A stretch of 64,000 nucleotides of DNA from Gemmatimonadaceae bacterium. GTDB taxonomy: Bacteria; Gemmatimonadota; Gemmatimonadetes; Gemmatimonadales; Gemmatimonadaceae. The first letter of the stretch is position 1, and each line of letters opens with the position of its first letter. Location of the stretch: the NCBI GenBank assembly GCA_036390715.1, contig DASWBG010000115.1, positions 13,610 through 77,609 of the forward strand, written 5' to 3'. Shown here one piece after another: positions 10,056-18,529 of the stretch. The notes beneath the pieces were generated by a model. The model had not been told where the DNA came from and did no database searches. It saw only the letters and a program-made list of their open reading frames with translations. The position numbers and the translations under genes are program-made.

Positions 10056-10985
10056 ATGCGGGCCGCGTTCATCTCACATAGCGACTGCGGACGACACGAC
10101 ACCGGTTGGGGACATCCGGAGCACGTCGGACGCATGCGAGCCATCACCCGCGCGTTGCGTGAAGACCCGGACCTGTTTCACACCGTCGAGCATCTCGAAG
10201 GCCGTCACGCGACCATCGAAGAGCTCGAGCTTGCCCATGATCCGTCGTACGTTCGGTCGGTCAGGGTAATCGCCGAGCAGGGAGGAGGGCGGCTCGATGC
10301 GGATACGGTGGCGAGCAGCGGATCGTGGGATGCGGCTACCGCTGCGGCCGGCTGCGTACTTATGGGCGTAGATCTCTCGGTGACTGGCGTCAATCCCCGG
10401 AGCTTTTCATCTATACGCCCTCCGGGCCATCACGCCGTTCACAACCGCGCCATGGGATTCTGCCTCTTTGGCAATGTCGCGATCGCCGCGCACTACGCGC
10501 GCAAGAAGCACGGATTGCAGAGGATCCTGATCGTCGACTGGGATGTCCATCACGGAAATGGAACACAGGCTCTGGTGGAGAAGGAGCCGGACATCCACTT
10601 CGTCTCGATGCACCAATGGCCGTGGTATCCCGGAACCGGAGCGGCTGACGATCGCGGTCCCCACCGTACGGTCTGGAACATTCCGAAGCCTGCCGGCCTG
10701 CCGCGCTCCGACTACGTTCAGGCGCTAGAACGCGGCATCGATGCGGCGACTGATGGCTTCGTGCCGGAGCTGATTCTGATCTCCGCCGGATTCGATTCCC
10801 TCGCTGGCGACCCACTGGGTGGTTTCACCCTCGAAACGGACGATTTCGAGTCGCTTACCCGCTCGCTCGTAGCACGTGCGGACTCGTGGTGCGGAGGTCG
10901 CATTGTCAGCGCGTTGGAGGGTGGATACGCGCCCGACAGGCTGGCTCAGGCGGCTCTCCGTCACCTGCGCGCGCTCGCCCCTTAA
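10056..10985 (+). CDS. Histone deacetylase-family Zn deacylase
   Basis: HPE, RPPGHHA, GFC, DWDVHHGNGT, SAGFD, LEGGY. Confidence 0.96.
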   Translation: MRAAFISHSDCGRHDTGWGHPEHVGRMRAITRALREDPDLFHTVEHLEGRHATIEELELAHDPSYVRSVRVIAEQGGGRLDADTVASSGSWDAATAAAGCVLMGVDLSVTGVNPRSFSSIRPPGHHAVHNRAMGFCLFGNVAIAAHYARKKHGLQRILIVDWDVHHGNGTQALVEKEPDIHFVSMHQWPWYPGTGAADDRGPHRTVWNIPKPAGLPRSDYVQALERGIDAATDGFVPELILISAGFDSLAGDPLGGFTLETDDFESLTRSLVARADSWCGGRIVSALEGGYAPDRLAQAALRHLRALAP

Positions 10986-11122
10986 CCGCTAACTTCAAGG
11001 CAGATGAGCGCTGCACTCAGTCCGCTCCCGGAGAGCTATCGAACACCGGTCTCCAATCGTCTAGGGATGGCGGCCAAAGCTCTGGGCGTGGTCGCTACTT
11101 TGACAATTCTTGCTGGTCTCAA

Positions 11123-11755
11123 ATGGCGCAAACTTCTGTAGGATTGCGTTTGTACGGCGTCGCCGCCGTCGAGTCAGGCCAGGCGATGTCGTTGGCCGAT
11201 GGCACGACGCTCGTGCACTATCGCGCGCTCGCGGCCATTGTCGAGCCGGCGCCTTACTCCGCTTCGACCCTGGGGGACGACGACATGGGGAACTATGTGC
11301 GTGTTCTCGAGGAGTCCCACTCCCATGCGGCCGTACTGCCTGCGCCGCCGGGAACGGTTTTCCAGTCGCAGTCGACCATGATGCGCTGGCTCGAGCTGCA
11401 TTATTTCACCCTCACCGAGGCCCTCGCGGTGGTTGAAGGCCATACCGCCGCTCGCGTGAGCATCACGACACATGGCAGCCACGAAGACGATTCCAGGAAG
11501 AGCCTGGCTGGTATGGCCGCCGAGAGTCTAAGGCTGCTGAGGAGCCAGGCGGCGGCGACAGTAAGTCTGCCCGTGGCGGACGGTGACGACGAAGATGGGG
11601 TCGTCGCCCGCGCATCGTTCCTCATCGACACGCAACGCTGGCAGGCGTTCAACGACACCGTGTCCGCGGAAGCAAAGCGTCAGCCCGGCCTCGACTTCCG
11701 CGTCACGGGACCGTGGCCGCCGTACGACTTCGTACGCATGCAGTTCGGGGGCTGA
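11123..11755 (+). CDS. GvpL/GvpF-family protein (orphan)
   Basis: N-terminal LYGV, AVLP..GTVF, ASFLI, C-terminal TGPWPPYDF. Confidence 0.85.
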   Translation: MAQTSVGLRLYGVAAVESGQAMSLADGTTLVHYRALAAIVEPAPYSASTLGDDDMGNYVRVLEESHSHAAVLPAPPGTVFQSQSTMMRWLELHYFTLTEALAVVEGHTAARVSITTHGSHEDDSRKSLAGMAAESLRLLRSQAAATVSLPVADGDDEDGVVARASFLIDTQRWQAFNDTVSAEAKRQPGLDFRVTGPWPPYDFVRMQFGG

Positions 11756-11757
11756 CC

Positions 11758-12762
11758 ATGTTCTGCACTGATTGCGGGAGCTGGAACCGGGGTGAAGCAG
11801 CGCGCTGCGTTCGCTGCGGGATCATCATGCCCGACAGCACGGACCGGCGGCAATCACCGCCCGACCCGTCCGTGACGGCGCTACGGCAGGTGACGGGCGG
11901 CCGATACACCATCATGCACCGCGTCGGCGAAGGTGGCATGGCGAGCGTGTACTACGCGCTTCACGTGGTCCTCGACTCCCCGGTCGTGATCAAGGTTCTT
12001 CATCCGCACCTCGCGCGCGAGCACGAGATGCGGGAGCGCTTCAAGCGGGAAGCGGAATCCGCGGCGCAGCTGATGCACCCACACATCTGCAAGATCATCG
12101 ATTTTGGAATGGTCGATGATCACGTTTTCCTGGTGATGCCGTACCTGGCCCGGGGCACGTTGAGCGACCGCATCGGCGGCCATCGCTCTCTGTCTCCAGA
12201 AACGACTGCGGCCGTCGCGGCGCAAGTGGCTACCGGACTCGATTACGCGCACCGCCGGGGACTGGTGCACCGCGACATCAAGCCGGACAATATCTTGTTC
12301 GATGAAGACGAGAACGCGCTCGTCACGGATTTCGGAATCGCCACCGGCCACTTCCGCAGCCGCATGACCGGAAGCGGCAATGTCATGGGGACTCCGCATT
12401 ACATGTCGCCAGAGCAGGCGCGCGGAAAGCTGCTCGACGGCCGGAGCGACCTCTACGGCCTGGGCGTCGTGATGTACGAAACACTCCTCGGCTTCCCGCC
12501 CTTCGACGGCGCCGACAGCTATTCGATCAGCTACAAGCACGTGACCGAGACGGCGGTGTCGCCCGACGTCGTGGATTCCCGGATTCCGCAGCAGCTGGCC
12601 GCGATCGTAATGAAGTGCCTCGAGAAGAATCCTTCGCACCGTTACGAACGGGGCAACGATCTCGCCGACGCTCTGATTAATTTTCTCTCGACGGCATCGG
12701 CGCACCACGAATTCCGCATGGCTCGGACGGCGCGCCCTGCCCCCGCAGTGGCCGCTGGATGA
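11758..12762 (+). CDS. Hanks-type Ser/Thr kinase with N-terminal zinc ribbon, no TM or PASTA
   Basis: CxxC..CxxC; GEGGMA, VIK, HRDIKPDN, DFG, GTPHYMSPE. Confidence 0.95.
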   Translation: MFCTDCGSWNRGEAARCVRCGIIMPDSTDRRQSPPDPSVTALRQVTGGRYTIMHRVGEGGMASVYYALHVVLDSPVVIKVLHPHLAREHEMRERFKREAESAAQLMHPHICKIIDFGMVDDHVFLVMPYLARGTLSDRIGGHRSLSPETTAAVAAQVATGLDYAHRRGLVHRDIKPDNILFDEDENALVTDFGIATGHFRSRMTGSGNVMGTPHYMSPEQARGKLLDGRSDLYGLGVVMYETLLGFPPFDGADSYSISYKHVTETAVSPDVVDSRIPQQLAAIVMKCLEKNPSHRYERGNDLADALINFLSTASAHHEFRMARTARPAPAVAAG

Positions 12763-13814
12763 AGCTCTCGCACCAGACAATCGAACTGAATCCGACCCAC
12801 CCGTTCGTGATCGCGCGCGGGGGTTACTCACACCACCGCAACGTCATCGTTCGGCTTACCGACGATGACGGCGCGGAAGGCTTCGGGGAAGCAGCACCCA
12901 ATCGTTACTACGGCGAATCGGTGTCGACCGTCATTGCCGCGCTCGGACAGTTCAAGCCAGTGCTCGAGCGCGCCGACCCATTTTCCCTCGAGTCGATCGA
13001 GTCGCATCTCAACCGTGTCCTGCGAGGCAACGCTTCGGCGAAGAGCGCCGTCAGCTCGGCGCTGCATGATCTCGTGGGCAAGCGCCTGGGACTGCCGGTC
13101 TACCGAATCTGGGGACTCGATGCTGCGACGACCCCGCAGTCGAGTTTTACGATCGCCATCGCGGAGAATCACGAGCTGGAAAAGCGCGTTGCAGAGGCGG
13201 GGGAGTACCCGATTCTCAAGATCAAGCTCGGAACCGATCGCGACATGGAGATCGTGCGCATCATCCGGAACGCGGCCCCAGCGAAACGCCTGCGAGTGGA
13301 TGCGAACGCCGCTTGGACGGCTAAGCACGCCGTTCGCATGAGCGACTTTCTCGCCGAGCACGGCGTGGAGATGCTGGAGCAGCCGGTCGCCGCCAACGAC
13401 ATCGAGGGGCTCCGTTTTGTCCGCAAAAGCTCCAAGCTGCCTGTTTTCGCTGACGAGTCGTGCCTCGTGGCGAGCGATGTTGGCAAACTCGCGGGAGCAG
13501 TCGATGGGATCAATATCAAGCTCGCAAAATGTGGGAGCCTTCGCGAAGCGATGCGGATGGTGCACGCCGCACGCGCGCTGGACATGCAGGTCATGGCGGG
13601 CTGCATGATCGAGAGCTCGCTCGGTATCTCGGCGATCGCGCAGATCTCGCCACTGCTCGATTACGCCGATTTCGACGGGGCCGCGCTCCTGTCCAGCGAT
13701 CCGTTTCGGGGTACCTCGATCGAAGGTGGCTCGATTCGCCTGTCCGATGGACCGGGCCTCGGTGCGACTCCGGCGCCGAGCGTGGATTTATCCGCGGCGT
13801 TTCAAAGTGCGTGA
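12759..13814 (+). CDS. L-Ala-D/L-Glu (dipeptide) epimerase, enolase superfamily
   Basis: KIKLG, DAN, EQP, ADES, NIKLAKCG, DFDG. Confidence 0.9.
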   Translation: MKLSHQTIELNPTHPFVIARGGYSHHRNVIVRLTDDDGAEGFGEAAPNRYYGESVSTVIAALGQFKPVLERADPFSLESIESHLNRVLRGNASAKSAVSSALHDLVGKRLGLPVYRIWGLDAATTPQSSFTIAIAENHELEKRVAEAGEYPILKIKLGTDRDMEIVRIIRNAAPAKRLRVDANAAWTAKHAVRMSDFLAEHGVEMLEQPVAANDIEGLRFVRKSSKLPVFADESCLVASDVGKLAGAVDGINIKLAKCGSLREAMRMVHAARALDMQVMAGCMIESSLGISAIAQISPLLDYADFDGAALLSSDPFRGTSIEGGSIRLSDGPGLGATPAPSVDLSAAFQSA

Positions 13815-16083
13815 CAACGCGCCGCGATTCATCCAGGTCGCGCTGCCGCTGCCGCTCTTCCAGACATTCACCTACGCGGTCGAAGAAGGGCTTGCAAATC
13901 CGGTAGTCGTCGGGTCGCGCATCGTCGTTCCTCTGCGGAGCGGCAAGGAAGTCGGTGTCTGCATAGGAATAAGCGACGTCAGTCCACTGAAGCGAAAGCC
14001 CAAAGCTGTGCTCGAGTCCCCCGACACGGAGCCGGCGATCGGAACGTCGTTGCTCGAGCTATGCAAGTGGATTGCGGACTACTACATCGTGCCGTTGGGT
14101 GTTGTGCTCCGAACAGTGCTGCCCGCCGCTCTCACGGGCGCGCAGGATCCGCGTCCTTCCCGGAAGACGCGTCGGGTCGTGAAGCTCGGAGCAGACATAC
14201 CGTCGTTACTGCAACGAGACAAGGCGTTCGCGCGCTCCAGGCAGCAGCGTGCGGTGTTCGAGCTGGTCGAATCGCTTGGTGGGAATACATCCGTCGAGAA
14301 TCTGACCGCCCAGATCGATTTTTCGCCGTCGGTCATCAAGTCACTCGAGAAACGCGGACTGCTGGTAATCGAGGAAGAGGAGGTCGAGCGCGACCCGTTC
14401 TCGTCGCGCGGTGGAATCTCGGCCACGAGGCTGCAGCCGACTCCCGCTCAGCGACACGCCATCGATACGATGTCGAACGCGAAAGACGGAGATGTATTTC
14501 TCCTCCATGGGATCACGGGTAGTGGCAAGACGCTCGTCTATATCGAGCTCTTGCGCCGAATCGTGGACGAGCGCGGACAGACCGCGATAGTACTCGTTCC
14601 CGAAATAGCGCTCACTCCGCAGGCGGTCGACCGGTTCCGCGGCGCATTCGGCGACAGGGTCGCGGTCCTGCACTCGGCGCTCAGCGAGGGCGAGCGTTAC
14701 GACGCGTGGCTCGCGCTCAAACGCGGTGACAAGCGGATCGTGGTCGGAGCGCGGTCGGCCGTGTTCGCGCCGCTCGAGAACCTGGGCGCCATTATCGTGG
14801 ACGAGGAGCACGAGTCGAGCTACAAGCAGGGGGAAACGCCGCGCTACCATGCGCGCGAGGTGGCGATCGTGCGGGCGAAGAACGAAGGCGCGATCACGGT
14901 TCTCGGCAGTGCGACTCCTTCGCTGGAGAGCTGGGCGAACGCTTCCTCGGGGAAGTACACGCTTCTCACGCTCCCCGATCGGGTGGGTGGGGGGCGACTG
15001 CCCAGCGTCGAAGTGATCGATCTGCGCCGAATCCCGACTGACTACAACGCGATGGCTCAGGGCGGGGTCGATTACGGCGCAGTGATTCGGGAGCCGCTCC
15101 ACGATGCGATCGTCGAGACCATGAATCGCCGAGAACAGAGTATTCTGCTGCTCAACAGACGTGGCTACTCGTCGTTCATCCAGTGCATCGACTGCGGCGC
15201 CGTCGCCACTTGCCCGAACTGCAGCATCACACTCACGCATCACCGGAATCCGGAGCGGCTTGTCTGTCATTACTGTCTGCACAAGGAAGATCCGCGTCCT
15301 GATTGCGTACGCTGCGGAGGCAGATATCTCCGGCAGCGAGGACTCGGTACCCAGCAGGTCGAACGTCTTCTGTCGGAGCGATTCCCCTCGGCTCGCATCG
15401 CGCGAATGGATGTGGATACCACCAGCGGGAAATGGGCGCACACCCGGATTCTCGACCGCGTCGCCGAAGGGGAGGTCGACATCCTCCTCGGGACACAGAT
15501 GATCGCCAAGGGACTCGACTTCCCGAATGTCACGCTCGTCGGAGTCGTAGACGCGGATGTCGGGATCAATTTCCCGGATTTCCGGGCGTCGGAGCGCTGC
15601 TTTCAGCTTCTAAGCCAGGTTTCTGGAAGAGCGGGACGTGGCGCGAAGGGCGGTCGTGTGCTGATTCAGACGAGATTGCCGGCGCATCATGCCGTGCGGT
15701 ACGCCGTTGCCCACGATTACGTCTCGTTCGTGCGTGAAGAGATGGAGGGGCGTGTCGATCCACCTTATCCTCCAAATGTGCGGATCGCGAACATCGTCTT
15801 CAGCGGGCTAGTCGAGGATTCGGTTGCCAAGCTGGCCATCCACGCCGGAGAATGGCTCCGCGAGCTGATTGCCACGCGCGCCGAAGACGAAGTGACGGTA
15901 GTGGGACCCGCCCCGTGTCCCATCGAGAGAATCAAGAACCGCTGGCGCTGGCACTTGCTGCTCAAGTCCGAGCATCCCGGCGAGCTCACGCGCGTGAGCC
16001 GCTACTTCATGGAGCGCTTCGAGGTTCCGACCGTCGCCCAGCTCCGCGTGACGCTTGATCGAGATCCAGTAGCCTTGCTCTAA
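13807..16083 (+). CDS. priA: Primosomal protein N'
   Basis: GITGSGKT, VPEIALT, DEEH, two CxxC pairs, GTQMIAKG, QVSGRAGR. GTG start at 13807. Confidence 0.97.
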   Translation: MRDNAPRFIQVALPLPLFQTFTYAVEEGLANPVVVGSRIVVPLRSGKEVGVCIGISDVSPLKRKPKAVLESPDTEPAIGTSLLELCKWIADYYIVPLGVVLRTVLPAALTGAQDPRPSRKTRRVVKLGADIPSLLQRDKAFARSRQQRAVFELVESLGGNTSVENLTAQIDFSPSVIKSLEKRGLLVIEEEEVERDPFSSRGGISATRLQPTPAQRHAIDTMSNAKDGDVFLLHGITGSGKTLVYIELLRRIVDERGQTAIVLVPEIALTPQAVDRFRGAFGDRVAVLHSALSEGERYDAWLALKRGDKRIVVGARSAVFAPLENLGAIIVDEEHESSYKQGETPRYHAREVAIVRAKNEGAITVLGSATPSLESWANASSGKYTLLTLPDRVGGGRLPSVEVIDLRRIPTDYNAMAQGGVDYGAVIREPLHDAIVETMNRREQSILLLNRRGYSSFIQCIDCGAVATCPNCSITLTHHRNPERLVCHYCLHKEDPRPDCVRCGGRYLRQRGLGTQQVERLLSERFPSARIARMDVDTTSGKWAHTRILDRVAEGEVDILLGTQMIAKGLDFPNVTLVGVVDADVGINFPDFRASERCFQLLSQVSGRAGRGAKGGRVLIQTRLPAHHAVRYAVAHDYVSFVREEMEGRVDPPYPPNVRIANIVFSGLVEDSVAKLAIHAGEWLRELIATRAEDEVTVVGPAPCPIERIKNRWRWHLLLKSEHPGELTRVSRYFMERFEVPTVAQLRVTLDRDPVALL

Positions 16084-16351
16084 ACGGCTGAGGACTGTGG
16101 ACTAGCTGCTACTTCGAACTACGGACTAATGGCTGAGGACTACGAGCCAACTGCAATTGCGATCGCAGACTAACTGCGGATTGGGACACTAACTACGAAC
16201 TGCGGACTACAGGCTGAAGCTCGAAGTTGCAATTGGTCCTCGCTCCGGAAAGCGTCCTCAATCCGTAGTTAGTCTCCCAATCCGCAATTAGTCTGCGATT
16301 CGTAGTAGCAGTTGGCCCGTAGACCTCGGTAGTTAGTCCTCAGTTCGCAGC
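16082..16351. repeat. Long palindromic element of short degenerate repeats, copy 1 (MITE/REP-like)
   Basis: Arm 16131-16192 is an imperfect reverse complement of ~16269-16326; homologous to 55849-56126. Confidence 0.85.
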
Positions 16352-16371
16352 TTTACGTTTATCTTTAGAGC

Positions 16372-17493
16372 GTGACAACACTACGACACCCGGATTTCAA
16401 TTTGCCGGCGCTCGCAAACGCCCCTGACGCCAAGTTCATCGCGGCGCCGGCCGACGGCGTGCTCCCCGAGAACTTTTTCTCGACGACGAATCTTCCGACC
16501 TACGTTCGCATCAAGGGTGCGTGGCGCATGCCACGCGAGCCGAGGATGGACGCGTCGCTCGTGCTCGACGACGACGAGCTCTGGATCCGGGAAGGGCGCA
16601 AGCTGAAGAAAGGCGACCTGGTGGCAGTCGGCAGCGCGGAAGACGGAAGCGAAGGCATCTACGTTCACACTGGCTCCTTCCTCGGCGACGAAGAAGGCGA
16701 GTTCAAGTTCATGACGAGCGAGGTGTCGCGCGAGAAGCCGATTGACTACGCGTTGATGGCGCACATCCTCATCGAAGAGCGCGATCGCGGCGGGTATCCG
16801 ATCTGGGTAACGGGGCCGGCACTGGTACATTCGCGCGCGCGCGCGGACATGGTCTGGTTCATCGAAAACGGTTTCGTGTCGGCGCTCCTCGCGGGAAACG
16901 CCGTGGCGGTGCATGACATCGAGGCTTCGATATTCGGAACTACGCTTGGAATGACCCGAACCGGCGAGGCGACGACGGGCGGCCACGGACTTCACATGCG
17001 CGCGATCAACAAGGTGAGAGCGGCAGGATCCATTGCCCGCGCGGTAGAGCAGGGCGTGATCAAGGATGGGATCATGCACGCGCTCGTGCGGCAGGGGATT
17101 CCCTACGTCCTCACCGGCTCGATTCGCGACGATGGCCCTCTTCCCGAGGTGATTACCGATACACTCGCGGCCCAGGACGCGATGAAGCGGCATACGACAC
17201 GCGCCACCATGGCTGTTCTGATCGCGACTGCGCTGCACGCGATAGCCACGGGCAACATGCTGCCGGCGTTCGTTACGGAGAAGGATGGATCGATGCGCGA
17301 GCTTCCCACCATCTGCGTCGACTCGTCCGAATTCGTGGTGAGCAAGCTGAAGGATCGCGGTACCCACCAGGCGTTCGGAGTGGTGACGAATGCGCAGGAT
17401 TTCATGCACATTCTGAAACTCTACGTAGAGCGTGAGCTCACAGACAGGAAGGCAGAGCAGGCAGCAGGTCAAACTTCGAAGGCACCAGCGTGA
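16372..17493 (+). CDS. TIGR00300/LOR-SDH-type protein (ArgZ/AgrE C-terminal-like ornithine cyclodeaminase)
   Basis: FSTTN, RMD, FMTSEVSREK, GNAVAVHDIE, GSIRDDGPLP, LHAIATGN, KLKDRGT. Confidence 0.85.
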   Translation: MTTLRHPDFNLPALANAPDAKFIAAPADGVLPENFFSTTNLPTYVRIKGAWRMPREPRMDASLVLDDDELWIREGRKLKKGDLVAVGSAEDGSEGIYVHTGSFLGDEEGEFKFMTSEVSREKPIDYALMAHILIEERDRGGYPIWVTGPALVHSRARADMVWFIENGFVSALLAGNAVAVHDIEASIFGTTLGMTRTGEATTGGHGLHMRAINKVRAAGSIARAVEQGVIKDGIMHALVRQGIPYVLTGSIRDDGPLPEVITDTLAAQDAMKRHTTRATMAVLIATALHAIATGNMLPAFVTEKDGSMRELPTICVDSSEFVVSKLKDRGTHQAFGVVTNAQDFMHILKLYVERELTDRKAEQAAGQTSKAPA

Positions 17494-17960
17494 TCGAGAC
17501 TACCGAGAGATTCTTGCGCGAAATAGCCGACCGCATCGGCGTCAACGCTGTGGATGAAGTGAGATTGTTTCCGCCGCTGCGGCAGTCTGGCGTCGAGACT
17601 GGAGTGGCCGTCGTTGCCGCCATTCCACTGCCACCAGAGCCACAGCACCTGCACGAACCTGACGAGCCGCCCGAAGCTCTAAGCGAGAGCGCAGGCGACG
17701 AATTCCTCCCTATCGAGGAGGAAGATCGCGAGATCATCGTGCATCGCCACACGGTGTTTACCGCCAGATATCGCCACACGCTCAAGGGACCCGACCGCGG
17801 AAAGTGGGAGGTCGAAGTCCAAGCCGAGGCCGACGCGCCGCTCGTGACTCTCGATCAAGTCTGCAAAGGCGTCATGAAAAGAGCGGGTGAGCCGTTCGAG
17901 CCCGAGAAAATCTCGGCCTCGGCCTTTAAGACCATCGTCGAAGGGATTGCGACGGCCTAG
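17490..17960 (+). CDS. Hypothetical protein
   Basis: GTGA overlap with the upstream gene; protein-like composition with an acidic loop. Confidence 0.75.
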   Translation: MIETTERFLREIADRIGVNAVDEVRLFPPLRQSGVETGVAVVAAIPLPPEPQHLHEPDEPPEALSESAGDEFLPIEEEDREIIVHRHTVFTARYRHTLKGPDRGKWEVEVQAEADAPLVTLDQVCKGVMKRAGEPFEPEKISASAFKTIVEGIATA

Positions 17961-17970
17961 GCCTCGCGCC

Positions 17971-18510
17971 TCGCTGCGACTTGCATCTGTGTATGCGGTC
18001 GGTGAGGGTGTCCTCTGCGGGGCAGTGTCCTCGCACGCCCGCCGTTGGGGCGCGCTGGCGCGCCCAAACGGCGGGCTCTTGCTGCGGGTGCCCCTCCGAG
18101 GACACGCTCACCTCCCTACACAGATCTGTAACTGCAGCGCGCTTCGCGCCGGCGCGTGCGCACTGCGTCCGCAGTTTGTCCGCGCTCGCCCCCGTGGGGA
18201 GCACGGAGATGCCAAGCTTCGCTCGGCGCGCTCCCGCGCAGAGAGATAGGGCGGCCGCGCTATCGCATCGGAGTGCGCGTCGTGAGGCGCGAACGAGATG
18301 CTTCAGCATGCGTTGAACTCGTTGGGAAGGCGGAGAGGGTCCCCGTAGGCGGCTTTGCAAAGCGAGCGCGAGGAGGAGACCCGTGACCGAGCAGAGCGAG
18401 GGAGCGCTGTTAGGGGCTTCGGGTGCCCGCTAAGCGCAAGCGTGCGGGCGGGGAAAGCGAGCGTAGCCGCCGAAGGGGATCCTCTCCGCCGTACCGGCAA
18501 CCGAGTCCGC
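17971..18510. repeat. Cluster of long GC-rich palindromes between convergent genes
   Basis: Nested arms across 17985-18125; GGCGGAGAGGGTCCCC/GGGGATCCTCTCCGCC arms at 18329-18490. Confidence 0.7.
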
Positions 18511-18529
18511 CGACGCAGCGGAAGCGACC

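Noticed and set aside
16082-16351. CRISPR array interpretation of the repeats (also 55849-56126)
   Set aside because: No constant direct repeats with unique spacers, the structure is inverted, and there are no cas genes.
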